The notes under the pieces are model-generated. The model saw nothing but the letters and a program-made list of their open reading frames with translations. It made no database searches and had not been told where the DNA came from. A DNA stretch of 64,000 bases from Octopus vulgaris. Lineage: Eukaryota. The DNA is taken from NCBI GenBank assembly GCA_951406725.2, contig OX597829.1, forward strand, positions 52,204,001 through 52,268,000, read 5' to 3'. The translations under genes were made by a program, and so were the position numbers. Positions 13,581 to 27,494 of the stretch are shown one piece after another (positions within the stretch are counted from its first letter, which is position 1; each line of letters starts with the position of its first letter).

Positions 13581-16500
13581 TATAGATGGCAATCTCTATT
13601 TCAATCAACCTGATTTAATGAGGTGGTTAGCTTGCAATCCTCAAACCTGTTTGATGAGGAAGTCTTGAGTTTGATGCACTTTTCACCAAGTTGCCTTTGG
13701 AGAAAGCATCTCTGGTTGCATTTTAAAGTAAAGACTTGTGTTATACTGTGAAGTCTTTTGCCTCCCTCGCAATTTAGCCCCACTGGTTTCAATTGTAAAT
13801 GAAAAGACAGCTTTTTCCAAACTACCAATATCATTGAACTACTGTAGGCTTGCAACCATTTGTGTCATTCACAGATCTGAACTCTGAACCTGTGTAATGC
13901 AGGCATTCTCAGATGGATAGCAGCTATTTAACCCACAGAATTCCATCATTGCAAAACGAAATGTTTGCATACGTCAAAATTGTGCTGGCAATGTTTTTAA
14001 GTCAACCATGTTGAAACAGACATATGATAAAAAATATTCCAGCTGTAGCTATCTTTTTTTTTTTTTGTTTTTGTTTGTTTTGTTTTCAAACATTTATTTT
14101 TATCTGGAGTGCACTTTATGTAACATATTTTTTAAAGATGGTTGACTGATTTGACTGAGATTTAGTAACTACTACAGCAGGTTTTCCCCACCTCTCTCTC
14201 TCTCATTACCTATATAATTTCACTTTTTTTTTTTTCTTTCTTTCAGGATTTGCACTTTTTTCTTGAAGTAATTTTATATTTCAATGCATTTCTTAAAATA
14301 ATTTTTGTGTACAATTTGCATTTCACCATTTTGTTGCTTTCTTTGAATTTTAAGTTTCATTTATGCCTTAGAAGTTCTCTTTTGAAAACATTTAGTAAAT
14401 TATTTTCATACCTAAGATGTGCTTTCTTTGGATTAAGTATTCTATGTCATAGTTTAAGAAAAGAAATGTTTTTCAAATTATATTTAAGCATTCAAAATCC
14501 CACAAACTGTTTTAACAAGTAAGAGCACTATTTTTATATTAAACTTTTGAATTTACCATTATTATCCTGTGTTGGTGCTTTCCACTTTAACATTTTTTTT
14601 TTTCAAAAGGTTTTCATTTAATTTCTCCTTCTCCCTACTAATAATCCATTTTGCATCTTCCTTACATTTTTTCTGTTACAACCAAAATTTCCTCGCTTTT
14701 AAGATCTTCAACCAATGTTGCCATTCTTTTAACTCCTGAAATTTTCCACTTTGATTTATATACCATTTGTTTCTGATACCTTATTCAGCAATTTCCCCTC
14801 AGGTTTTGCTTGTAATATACCCTTCATACTTCATGTTTCTTGCTTCTAATGCTTATGTTTGCATTATGCTGTGAACAAAGTCGAAATTTCATACAATATC
14901 ATGTGGATGATGTCCAAAAAAAAAAAAAAAACTTTTTTTGATAAAATTCTTTTTATATTTCATTCTCTCATCACAATAGCACTTAACATCAATTGTTTGT
15001 ATGGATGGTTGAAAAACAAACCTGAATTTGCAGAAATACCTAATGCATATTACCAAACCACTTCTTTACATATCAAATGCAACTAAACTAATATATTTTT
15101 ACAGTGTATATAATTTAGATTTGTAAACTTCTTTACATTTTACTTATCGTTTCACTGTAAAATTTTTAAAATATACATACTGTTTCACGGTTAGATTTTC
15201 CTTGCATTTTAACTGCAATGGCCAGTTTATATGAAACTCAAAATCAATTGTATGATACTCAAATTGTATACATATTGCATTCTGGGTATGAAAGTTTCAC
15301 AACACCTGGACAAAGAAGAAAATTACAAGGTGTTTTCTGTTTGTTTGACCCATTTCAATATTGTTAGAAGAAATTTGATATGATTCTATAATCTACTTTT
15401 ATGTTTGAATGTTAGTTCAGAAAAAGAAAAACAAAAATTAGAAATCAATATGGTATGGAGAGTGTTTGTTGGGAATTTATTCTTCTTTATCTTAGATGAC
15501 ATGGTTGGAGAGATAAAGGTGTTGGGTTTTGTATTCAGAGATAATGATTTCAAGTTTCATTGCAGACATTTCATTGTGGTCTCTAGACAAAAACACTTTA
15601 AAAATACCTCCACTAAGGTCAGATGGATAAGGTGTTGGATTGAGTACCCAGAGGTAATGAGTTCAAGTCTCACTGTAGATATTTCATTGTGATTTCTAGA
15701 CACAACACCTTGTTATCTGTTTACCTTAGCTTAGATGGGAATAAGAGGTCCAAGACTTTCTGTCAATATTATTGATCTCTTATAAAAAAAAAACTTCTGA
15801 CCCCACAATATCAAAGAAATGATTCTATTTATCAAAATACTGTGAGTGAATTAGATAGATGGCCGTTGTTTTTTTTTTCTTTTTTTTTCATATCCTTGAT
15901 GGAATTAGCAAGCTGAAGGGGTTGATGCCTCCAATGTGTCATGTTTTCTTCCTATTTATGGTAAAACAGAGTTAGTGGAACAAATAAAGTTTAAAAATAA
16001 AAATCACATTTTATTTCTCAGAATTTAGTTTTCAGGATCTATTTATGCTAATAAAACTGTCCATTTTTCCATATTAACGTGTTGGATGGATCTGTTCCAG
16101 TAGAATTGATTGGATAGAGCTGTGGTTATTATTTTATTAATTCTGGTGGGGTTTCATCTTAAACTGTAGACAAAATTGAAGCATTTTAGCCAGGACTCTG
16201 CTTAATGTTTCTGTTTTAATAATTGTTTTCAACATACAAGAACAGGAATTTTGATGGTAGGGGTTAGATGATAAAAATGGACCCCTGTACTTGACTGGTG
16301 CTTTACTTTATCTTGGATAAAAAAATGGAAAAAATACTGCTTGGCATTTTGTCTAATAATTATGCCAAACTACCATTCATGTTTCTGCTATGATGATGAT
16401 CCTTTCTGCTATAGGCACATAGCCTGAAATCTTGTGGGAGTGGACTAGTTGATTACATCGACCCCAGTGTTCAACTTCTACTTATTTTATCAACCCCAAA

Positions 16501-16914
16501 AGGATGAAAGGCAAAGTTGACCCTGGTGGAATTTGAACTCAGAATGTAAGGTCGGATGAAATATCACTAAGCATTTTGCCCACTGTGCTAATGATTCTGC
16601 CAGGGCACCACCTTGATGATGATGATGATGGTGATAATAATCCTTTATAATTTTTGGTACAAGATCAGTAATTTTGGAGGAAGTGGATAATTGATTGTAT
16701 CAACCCTAGTGCGTAACTGGTACTTATTCCTATTGACCTTGGCAAAATTTGAACTATTATTATCAATATCTTAAATAGTTATATTGATAGGTAAACTAAG
16801 ATTGTTGGCATTGATTTAGGATTCAGTGAAATGAAATTTAATGGAAGTCAGAAAGTATTTTATTTTTCTAGGGAATATTTGTGAGATTTGAAAGGGTTTT
16901 AGGTGTTTAAATTC

Positions 16915-17430
16915 ATCATCGACGTCATTGTTTGATATCTGTTTTCCACGCTGTTATGGCTTTGATGGTTTGACAGGAGTTGGTCAACCAGAGAGCTGTC
17001 TAGACTCTAGTTGTTCGTTTTGGGATGGTTTCTGTAGCTGGATGCCCTTCCTAACACCAACTGCTTTACCGATTGTGCTGGGTGCTTTTTATGTGGCATC
17101 GGCACCTGTGAAGGACAAGTCTGTATGTACAGATGGCTGTGGTTTTACTTTGCTTGACATATCTTCTCAACTTCAGCAAATTGCCAGAAGTCTTGGTCCC
17201 CTGTCATATACTCTGCGAGGCCCAACATCTGAAGATCCTTTCTCACCACTTTGTCCCACGTCTTCCTGGGACTACTCCTTCGACAGGTTTCCTCCACAAT
17301 TAGAGATCAACACTTAAGCAGCTGTCCTCATCCATATGCATCACATGACCAAACCAGCACAGTCTTCTCTTTTGCACACAACATCTGAAGCCTCTTATAC
17401 CCGGTTTTCCTCCTAAATCCCTTACACTTT
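16915..17430 (-). mobile_element. Decayed RTE LINE 3' fragment
   Basis: Shares the GGATGCCCTTCCTAAC 3' UTR motif and the GRGxPRKTW-like coding end. Confidence 0.7.
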
Positions 17431-17587
17431 ATCATGATGTTGCAGGATAAACATTTTGAAGGTGGACTTGATTGAATCTTGTGTCTATTGAGTCCTTATA
17501 ATCCCAGTCATTCATATTATGTATGTATATGGCAGGAAATGTAATGTCTACACACACATGCACATATACAGTGTATGATTATGTATG

Positions 17588-17879
17588 TTTATGAAAAAGA
17601 TTGAAAATTAGATACATTTGAATATCTTTATATAAATACATTAAAAGAAAAACGTTTTTGTTTTACATGTTTCTGTTGTTGAAAAACCTTATCAAAAATA
17701 TATACTAAAATGGAATTTGTTTTTTTCTCTACATATTCCATTTTAGTATATATTTTTGATAAGGTTTTTCAACAACAGAAACATGTAAAACAAAAACGTT
17801 TTTCTTTTAATGTATTTATATAAAGAAATACAAATGTACCTAATTTTAAAAAAGTAGCATTTTCATTCTTTTTCATAAA
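17588..17879. mobile_element. Fold-back palindrome (perfect 92-bp core arms, 17625-17716 / 17735-17826) with an HHR-like motif in each arm
   Basis: Reverse-complement identity read directly; right arm UUU-UUGAUAA-GGUU..AACA-GAAA-CAUG-UA-AAA. Confidence 0.8.
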
Positions 17880-18695
17880 TATTTATTTGTGTGTTACCTC
17901 TACATTAAAAAAAAAAAGATATATATATATATATATATATATATACCCCACTACACACACACCACTTTTATTTTTATTTTAAATCTTGTATAACTATTAA
18001 TGTTATTTAGCATAAATAACATTTTGTTTGGAAATTACAAGTGTTACTAAATTTGGATATTTCATTATAATAGAATTTTATATATATGTATGTATTTTCA
18101 TTTTTAGCTTTTTTTTTCTTCTGTATTTCTTCTGTTAGTAGTTACTATTAAAAAGAAGGAAAGTACCTTACCAATCTTGGAGGTAGCCTTTGAAAGGCCT
18201 CTAAGGTTAGTAAATAAAAGGTAGGAGAAACTATGACTTCTGGGTTATTGCAGTATTGGATCGATTTATTTGCAAAGTGAAAAATCTTGTCCAGTCAAAA
18301 GGACCAGGTGGAGTCCACTTTGTTGTAGACTCCACCCGGTCTCTTAGATGCCTTTGGCAATGTTAAAGTGGTCAATGGATTAACTCTACTACCTAAGTAT
18401 AGGTTCATTCCAGTTGACTTGCTTCTCTAGTGTTTCCCTCTCTCCAGTTTCACTTGCACGGCTCAAGTCAGCTTTGAGGCTTATGCCAGAAGGTGTCGTG
18501 CAGAAGGATTGCATCCAGAACTGTTTGATTGTAAAGTGAACTTTTTAACCTCACAGCCAGGCCTGTGGCAATGTTAACTGAATCAGGAGGGGCAGACACA
18601 AGATGTTACTACAATTAGGGGATTTAGTGCTTGAATTATAAATATTGCTGTATTTAAACTGACTTTCCCTTTTCTTTTTTTGTTTTCATTTTTAG

Positions 18696-18764
18696 CCATC
18701 TGTTCGTTTGACTCCAGCAGCTATATTATATGCAGGCAAGAATCGAGATGGAACTCACATACTT
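18696..18764 (+). CDS. BCKDK: BCKDK internal coding exon (PSVRLTPAAILYAGKNRDGTHIL)
   Basis: tttag|CCA...CTT|gtaagt; 69 bp, phase 0/0; resembles vertebrate BCKDK [23 protein letters not shown] as recalled. Confidence 0.93.
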
Positions 18765-19897
18765 GTAAGTATACTCTCTCTTTGTGTGTGTGTAATGTAA
18801 TTATCTTTTTTATCTTTTACTTGTTTCAGTCATTAGTCTATGGCCATGCTTGAGTACCACTCTGAAGGGTTTAGTCAAGCAAATCAACCCCATTACTTAT
18901 TTTTTTAAGCCTGGTACTTATTCTATCAGTATCTTTTTCTGAACCACTAAGTTACAGAGATGTTAACAAAGCAACAACAGTTGTCAAGTAGTAGGAGGAC
19001 ACACCCACACAAACACACACCCACGCAACCACACACACACACACACCCACATAACCACACAAGCACACACATGCAAACACGCACACACGCAAACGCACGC
19101 ACATACCCATGGAAACATGCACCAACGCATGCAAACATGCACACACACACACACCATTTAATGTCCAGCTTCTATGCTGGCATATAGATGTATGTGTGTG
19201 AGTGTTTAATTGTGAATAATAGAAAGAAAATGTTTTTTCGTGTAAGAAATGAAACAAAATACTTTGCACAGACCAAGTCCTGGTGACATTGAATCCGGCA
19301 GCATATTGCATTTCATGGGTGCAACTGAAAATTTCATCTTGAAGAAGTGTGTATATCTAGGTCATGTGAGCAAAATTTTTTTTACTAACCCTAATTCAGA
19401 ATGTTTTTTTTTTTTCGTTTCCATTGAATATTGTCTCAAAGGAAATCAAAAATCCATTTTCAAATGACAGTTTCTGACAAAAAGATTCCTCTTATTTGAA
19501 GTTTCTGGCTGTTTATTTTTATTTGATCTTGTATATTTGTCAGGACATATATAAAAATACCATCATTACAAATACTGCTGCTGCTGCTACTACTACTACT
19601 ACTACTACCTATCTACCAGTCATTGTTTTTCTTTCTTGCTCATCAGAAACAAAAATATAAATTTCAGTGGTTTACTCTTAGTTGTTTGTCATTTGACTGT
19701 GGCCATGCTGGAGCAGTGCCTTAAAAGAAATTTTTAATTGTAGAAATTGACCCAGGATTTATCCTTTGTAAGCCTAGTACTTATTCTGTTGGTCTGTTTT
19801 GCCAAATTGCTAAGTTATGGGGATGTAACACACCAACATTGATTGTCAAGTGATGTGGAAGGGCAAACACAGACACAAAGACAATACATGCATAAAT

Positions 19898-19929
<32 letters not shown>

Positions 19930-20814
19930 GACAGGTTTCTTCCAGTTTCTGTCTACCAAATCCACTCACAAGGCTTTTGTTGGCCCAAGGCTATAAGTAG
20001 AAGACAATTACCCAGAACCAAATGGTTGGGAAGCAAGCTTCTTATCATACAGCCACACTATTTTTTTTTTTTTACTAAAATGAAAAATCCCCCTCCACCC
20101 ACAAAACACAACATAAAACCTCGTTGATAAATAAATTGTATTCACCTTTATAGAAACTAAGGTATGTTCTCATTGTAATGTTCAGTTTGAACTTTGCACA
20201 TTTGGTTTGTATGAAACTTGTGAAACCTACTTAGATACACACTTATGTTCCTCCTGTGTCTCTATAATGGAATCCTATTTAACCTTTTTTGATACCAAGC
20301 TGCCTGAAACCACCCTCGGCTCTATGATATAAACTGTCTATTTTAAAGGGATCTAAATTCAAACCTTTCATCAAATTTTCTTTTATGTTCCAAACATGCA
20401 TTTAGTAAAGGCAAGCACCATCCGATCGTGGCTGTTTGCCAGCCTCGCCTGGCCCCCGTGCTGGTGGCACGTAAAAAGCACCATCCGCTCGTGGCCGTTG
20501 CCAGCCTCCGGTGGCACTTAAAAGCACTCACGGAGTGGTTGGCGTTAGGAAGGGCATCCAGCCGTAGAAACACTGCCAGATCAGACTGGGCCTGGTGCAG
20601 CCTTCTGGCTTCCCAGACCCCAGTTGAACCGTCCAACCCATGCTAGCATGGAAAGCGGACGTTAAACGATGATGATGATGATGAATTGTAATTAAGGAAA
20701 TGTATTTCAACAGAAAGGGTCAAACAATAAATGGACAATGAATCTGGATTTGCTTTAAGTTTAGTTTGTTTTCCATGCTGGTTATAGAAGCAGTGAAATA
20801 AATAACTAAATAAA

Positions 20815-21000
20815 TATATAGTTCAAATTGTACAAAAACCAGAAGACCGTAACAGAACAAGGTATATTAGTTTGATGCTCAGGGAAACTGGAAGAGTCTT
20901 TGACATTTTGAGCCCGTACTCTTCTTCATAAAGGAATGAAGTGTGAAAACAGAAGGAGAGAGGAAAGAAAACGGAGAAATAAAGATGTGTCTGAACACAT
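20815..21000 (-). mobile_element. Penelope pLTR-like fragment with decayed HHR (20898-20933)
   Basis: Minus strand CUUU-AUGAAGA-A-GAGU-ACGG-GCUC-AAAA-UG-UC-AAAG; homologous to 32840-33035. Confidence 0.55.
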
Positions 21001-21999
21001 ATGCACACACATACACATAAAAGATTTTATCATTTCTTGTAATCTAACTCCATAAACATGACTGACAAACATGGGTTCGTTCTTATATGTCAAGATAAAT
21101 GTTTAGTGGTTAAAAACTAATACTCTTCTTGAACGCATTGCACAAGTGTCAGGATATGATGAATAGATATTGTGTGTGGTGGGTTTCTTTATAGCTTGGA
21201 AAATGTTTTGATTACTACCTGTTGAATTGGATACTGATTTTAAATCCATTACATATGTATATATGTATGTACATATATATATATCATCATTTAGCGTCCG
21301 TTTTCCATGCTAGCATGGGTTGGACGGTTCAACTGGGGTCTGTGAAGCCGGAATGCCGCATCAGGCCCAGTCTGATCTGGCAGTGTTTCTACGGCTAGAT
21401 GCCCTTCCTAACGCCAACCACTCCGTGAGTGTAGTGGGTGCTTTTTATGTGCCACCGGCACAGGTGCCAGGCGAGGCTGGCAATGGACACAAACGGATAT
21501 ATATATATATACACACATACATAAATGCATATGTGTATGTACATACACACACACACACATATATATCAACAAAACAGGAAATTGGAAAAATTTTGAGTGT
21601 TTATTCACCATTACACATGTTTCATTTGCTAATAGAAATTACCAAGAAATACTTGAAAGTGTTTTATCCTCCTTACTTTATATATATGAGGGAGAGAAGG
21701 AAAATGGGGGTTGAAGAAATCCAGGCAAATACTTTGGTGAGCACTCTCTGCAATAATACTCCATCCCACTTCTACAAGTTTTGCTTGTAGCAGACTGTAA
21801 AAAAAATAATAAATCTATCAATATTTTTCATACTTTCATGAAAACGATTGGGGGAATTACTGTTCAATTAATTAATTGATTGATTATCTGTGCAAACCAT
21901 TTTATGATGTGGAAACAGTTTCTCCAGCCATTCAAAACATACAGAAGACAAAAAAAATTATTGTGAAAGAATATAATTCTTCATTTTTTTTTGTTTGAT

Positions 22000-22051
<52 letters not shown>

Positions 22052-22439
22052 TACATTATATATTATTAACACATGTTTAATATATATGTATGTATGTATA
22101 ATGATATGTAAAAGTAATATCCAAGGATTCAGGTGTAGGAAGTTAGTAAGCTTCAAGCAGCTGGTTAGTTAAAAAGTTCCATTTTCAATTCCCTGTTGAC
22201 CCAGGATATCACCTGGAAAATTTCAATTCAGAAATATTAATAGCATGTCCAAAGATCAGGAAATCCTTCTGAAAACCGATATCATTTATCAGAGTTATGT
22301 AGAATAATTTTATGAGAAATTGCAGTTTATGATTATAACTTAGCATTTTGCTAAGAAGGTTGCACCAATCAAAGCCTTTATTTAATTTAATTTTTTCTCT
22401 CTTAGAAAAGTTAACCAAATACTGGCTAAAATTTGGCTG

Positions 22440-22650
22440 GTCTTGTGCCTCCACCATTCTGGCATCCCCATCCCATTTGTTATTCACCTCCACATCACTT
22501 ATGGAGCACCTAACCCTCTTGCTTCTTCACTAACCATTACACTCCAATCCTTGTTCCCCAGAATACCTTCTCTCTGGAATCTCCTTCTAGCTCGTGTCTT
22601 TCTTGTAGGGTTCGACACACAATGGCTTAAATGAAGCATTTAAATAAAAA
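22440..22650 (+). mobile_element. Short CR1/Jockey-like LINE 3' remnant
   Basis: SLFPRIPSLWNLLLARVF resembles the SFFPRTxxLWNxLP C-terminal LINE motif; A-rich tail. Confidence 0.45.
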
Positions 22651-23955
22651 ATCAAATCACAATAAAAAATGGAAATTGTAGTTGTGGCCGATGCCAGTGC
22701 TGCCTTCCCGAATCTCGTGCTGGTGGCTCACAGTAAGCACCATTCATGCATGGGTCATTACCAGTGCCATCTGACTGGCTCCCCGTGCCGGTGGCACGTA
22801 AAAAGCACCATCCGAATGTGGTGGATGCCAGACCCCCTGCCCTGACTGGCTCCTGTGCTGGTAGCATGTAAAAAGTACCATCTGAACGTGGCCAATGCCA
22901 GTGCCGCCTGACAAGCTCCCGTCCCAGTGGCATGTAAAAGGCACCTATTACACTCTTAGAGTGGTTGGCATTAGGAAGGGCATCCAGTTGTAGAAACCTT
23001 GCCAGATCAGATTGGAGTTTGGTGCAGCCTACTGGCTTGCCAGTCCCCAGTCAAACCGTCCAACCCATGCCAGCATGGAAAACGGATGTTTGATGATGAT
23101 GATGATGATGATGATTGACAACATCAAACTCACCCGGTCTCAGATGACCTGCAGAGGTCATGAGTACTTTCAAAATCATTAAAGGACAAATGATTATTTT
23201 CTAAAACACACACACACACACCTTTTTCTCCTTTCCGTCTCTCTAATCCTTCCATTCTATTTCCTTCTGTTTTACCTGATCAATACATACATATTTACCT
23301 GCTGCAAAGTGCATTTCTATTTTGAACGCTATGCCATGCAGTACATTTGAGTAAGCTGTGATTAGCATATTTTGAATTAACTGTTAAGTATGCATATCGA
23401 CATCCAACAACTGAAAATAACCTTTCGCTCGTTTGAGAGAGACAGAGACTGTTCCCCAGTTTGGACATTTGAACATTTAGACAATCTGTGAGCTTGAGGT
23501 TTGCAAGTTCTTAATTAAACAAAATTTTGATTAAATTTTCAACTGTTAAAATGTCTTTTTTTTTTTTTTTGCTTGCTTTTAAATTGTTAGTGTAACTGAA
23601 ACTCTATTGCATAATGTGTGTGTGTGTGTGTGTGTGTATAAACATCAAACAATGGAAATGAGTGCTCAACACTGCCATTGGTGGATAAAGATTATTTGTG
23701 TATTAAGGCTACCATTGGTTTCATGTTAAGGAAATATCTTAACAAATCTTCAAACCAAACGCATAGAAAAATTGGTGTTCATCTCCATTTTGGGTTTAAT
23801 GAGAGAGAGAATATTCTTTGTCATCAACCATTCCACTCCTCCACTCTTGAATACTATAGCTACATTAACTCCTAATTCTTTCTCCTCCCCAGACCCTTCC
23901 AGCCATTAATTACCAACACTTCTTGACCATCAGTTCCTTTTCTCTCTCTCTCTCT

Positions 23956-24220
23956 CTCTTTCCTTCTCTCATCTACCTTGTGGGCACACTCGGACAGCTC
24001 ATCATCACCAGCTTTAGCCCTCTTTCATTCTCTCATCTACCTTGTGGGCACACTCGGACAGCTCATCATCACCAGCTTTAGCACTCTTTCCTTCTCTCAT
24101 CTACCTTGTGGACACACTCGGACAGCTCATCATCACTAGCTTTAGCCCTCTTTCCTTCTCTCATCTACCTTGTGAGCACACTCGGACAGCTCATCATCAC
24201 CAGCTTTAGCCCTCTTTCCT
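23956..24220. repeat. 64-bp minisatellite, four copies
   Basis: ATCTACC recurs at 23971, 24035, 24099 and 24163; unit CTCTTTCCTTCTCTCATCTACCTTGTGGGCACACTCGGACAGCTCATCATCACCAGCTTTAGCC. Confidence 0.95.
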
Positions 24221-26862
24221 GCTCCGTCTCTATTCCCACTCACTGTTAAATAATACAAGGTAGCCATGTATCTACTTATTGTGGAAGGATTCTGACAACT
24301 CCCTAGTTGACTAAAGGTGGACTGACTCATTGTTAAAGAACAAAGAACTGTAATTGGCAGTTCATGTTGGTAGCAGTTCACTGTGATCCTTTGATAAAGA
24401 GCATTGAGTCTCGTGTAATAGTAGTGCGCTGTGTATATACTTTCTCCCCCCACCCCCTGCTTCAATATATTATATATCCAATACTAGGATATAAAACTAC
24501 TCTACAGTAAAAAACCCCTCTTCTGGTGCTTTGTATCATACTTTAACCTCTCAACATGTAACATAAAGCCACCTCCTTTTCTGCTATGTGTCTCTGCGCC
24601 CACTCAGGCTGGAGAACTCTTCAGTTTTATGAGTTATTTGGTGACCTCTCTAATGCTGGTGCCTTGGAAAACAGAATGTATACACTGTAAAAGTGTAGTT
24701 GGTGTTAGGGGGTTGAGCCATGCTTAAGCAGACACAGGAGTATGTCTCTCTACTCTGACTCATTGGATCCTGTCAAACTGTCCAATCCATGCCAACATGG
24801 AAAATCGACTTGTGCATTTATAAATGAAATCTTAAAAGTAGGATTGTCCAATGCCTGTTATTGTAAATAAATAAATAAATAAATAAATAAAAAATACTTT
24901 TAGAGCGGATTAATTTTATATTCAGCTCTTAGGCTCATATGCACGTACGCACAAACACCCACCCACACACGTACATGCCTTAATACACACTCGATTAAAT
25001 TAATTTTGGTGCTTAGCTGTTTCATATTATTTTTTTCGTTTGTTGCATTTAAATGTTAATTAACTGAAATCATTATTGTCTTTGTCATTGGATAGGTGGG
25101 TGGGTGGATGGCCAATTATTTGGAATGGTGGTGACAATTAAAAATTGGTCCATGTTGCTAGTATCTCTATCGTGGCCTAAGTTCACATAACTTGGTACTC
25201 GTTAACTTTTGCAGTGCTATTTACGCTAGTGAGCTATTTGCATACTAATAATGTCTACTTGTGTCTAAGTGGTCTGGTAGCTTGAGAATTTATTGTTCTG
25301 GCTGTGTATATTTCCTATAACTAGTAAACATGATATGATCAGTTGCCTCCTTGGCTGATTGTTTAGTATCAACTTTATCAACTTAGCCATCTTTGTTCTC
25401 ATACTTGATCTAAAGAGCATGTGTGGCCTACTACAGAGTTTTCCCTTGGCTAACAAGCTCAAAGCAGAAATGTTATCAGCAACAAATTGTTATAGTTTCA
25501 GGAGAAATATAGCCACATTTATTATAAATTAAAACTGTCTACTCTTCCAATTTAAAACTGGCGCCACTATGAGTCAACCTCATCCATTTTTTTTTTTTTT
25601 CATTTCTGTATTTTACTCTTATTTAGAGCATCTCCTTTACATTTGTGGCAGTTAATAAACTTATTATAAAATATGCATAATTGAGGGATTCTTTTCAGCA
25701 GCAGTTTTTCTTTGAAGAATTTATGGGTTTTTCTTCCTTGCTTCATTTCCATAATGTGAGTGTGTGTGGCCTAGTGGTTTGGGTGTTCCATGCACAAACT
25801 GTGGTTTCAATTCCTGGCTTCGATGTTCTTGCACAAAACACTTCATTTTGTGTTGTTTTAGTACATCATCATCATCGTTTAGCGTCTGCTTTCCATGCTA
25901 GCATGGGTTGGACGGTTCAACTGGGGTCTGTGAAGCCAGAAGGCTGCATCAGGCTCCAGTCTGATCTGGCAGTGTTTCTACGACTGGATGCCCTTCTTAA
26001 CGCCAACCACTCCGTGAGTGTAGTGGGTGCTTCAACTGTAAATAACTTCTAGGCAACAGCAGAGAAATTAACTCTGAAATCAACTGGCATTCCATTCAGG
26101 AGGAAATGTTGTAATCTCGGACACACATATGCCCCATGGAAATTGGTTTAAGCTTTGTCCTTATATGAGTCCTGGGGAACATGACAGGTTGAAGTTATTT
26201 TCCTTAATTGGAAACCTAGATAGAAATTTTGGGGTAGGTAAGGGATTGAATCTGGCTGGTTTGAGCATAAAACAAGTAGACTATTTAGGTTGGATATGGA
26301 CAGTTCAAATGCTAAAGGCTTGATTGCTTGTCTTGTATCTATTCCTGCTTCTACTGTTACTCCAGGGAGGTAAGTTTTCTTTTTGGTTGAATATGGAATC
26401 CATTTCTCCACAGAAGTATCTCAATCAGTCGAGATAGTTTCAAATCAAATGTTACCTCTCAATGTTGATTATTTTCATGTCATAAATAATTCCTAAATGA
26501 ATGCTAATTTATGTGCAATGGTTGGTACTTGTGGAACATAGATTTGTGGGATAATATTTATTTGGCCACTACACCAAATAAGCTTTGTTCAAAGCTGTGA
26601 AAACCAAAATTAAATCCTATGAAAATAAACATAAGCAATAGATCTTTGGGTGAGACAACTCTCTCAATAGTAAAGCACAGTCTCCAAAGTGATTGGCTTT
26701 AAAATTCAAAAGTATATGAGCAGCAGCTATATTAACAGCAGCATATGATAAGAATGCATTGTGTGGCGCCACCACCACTGCCACCATCATCATGCTAAAT
26801 TAACTATAATGAAAAGTAGTATAAGTTGCATAAAGTTTTTTCTCATATACATATAAATGTTT

Positions 26863-26906
<44 letters not shown>

Positions 26907-27303
26907 AAGCCAAAATAGTGCAAATTATAAAAGTATAGGTTGGTGATTTTATCTGGCATGTCAATATTTCAAGGTTAGCACTTATTCTTCAGGAAATCTT
27001 TGGAGTAAAGGTGTTGTTAGCTGACTTCTCTCATCATTTTCATAACTTGCATTGTTTTGGTTTAAAAAGAAAATGTTTTAAAATAGTAAAATGTAACATT
27101 TTTATTAGTAGAGATTATTAATTGCATTATTAACCAAATTGTCTTTTGTTAAGATTTACCTTCTGTTTCTACATTAATATTCTCTTATATTTTTCATAAG
27201 TAAAACCCCAAAGTCATTATTTTCTTATTTGAATGTATGTTTTTCTATTTCATCAAATCCAGCTTTAATATAAAAAAATTTTTTTTTTTTGCTTTCTCCA
27301 CAG

Positions 27304-27414
27304 AGAAGTGCCCAGTATCTTCATAAAGAACTGCCCGTTCGAATTGCTCACAGAATTGGCGGTTTCAGAGGACTGCCATTTATTGTTGGCTGCAATCCAA
27401 CAATTTTGCAAGTG
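27304..27414 (+). CDS. BCKDK: BCKDK exon ([37 protein letters not shown])
   Basis: cag|AGA...GTG|gtaatt; 111 bp; ELPVRIAHR motif of the PDK/BCKDK N-terminal domain. Confidence 0.97.
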
Positions 27415-27494
27415 GTAATTTTTTTTCTTTTCCAATGGGACACTCCAATCCGCTCTTTCCTCCCTCTATTTTTTTATTATTATTATTATTATTA

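Noticed and set aside
14247-14267. 21-nt candidate exon (DLHFFLE) with a strong acceptor and gtaatt donor
   Set aside because: No BCKDK similarity; cannot be supported without transcripts
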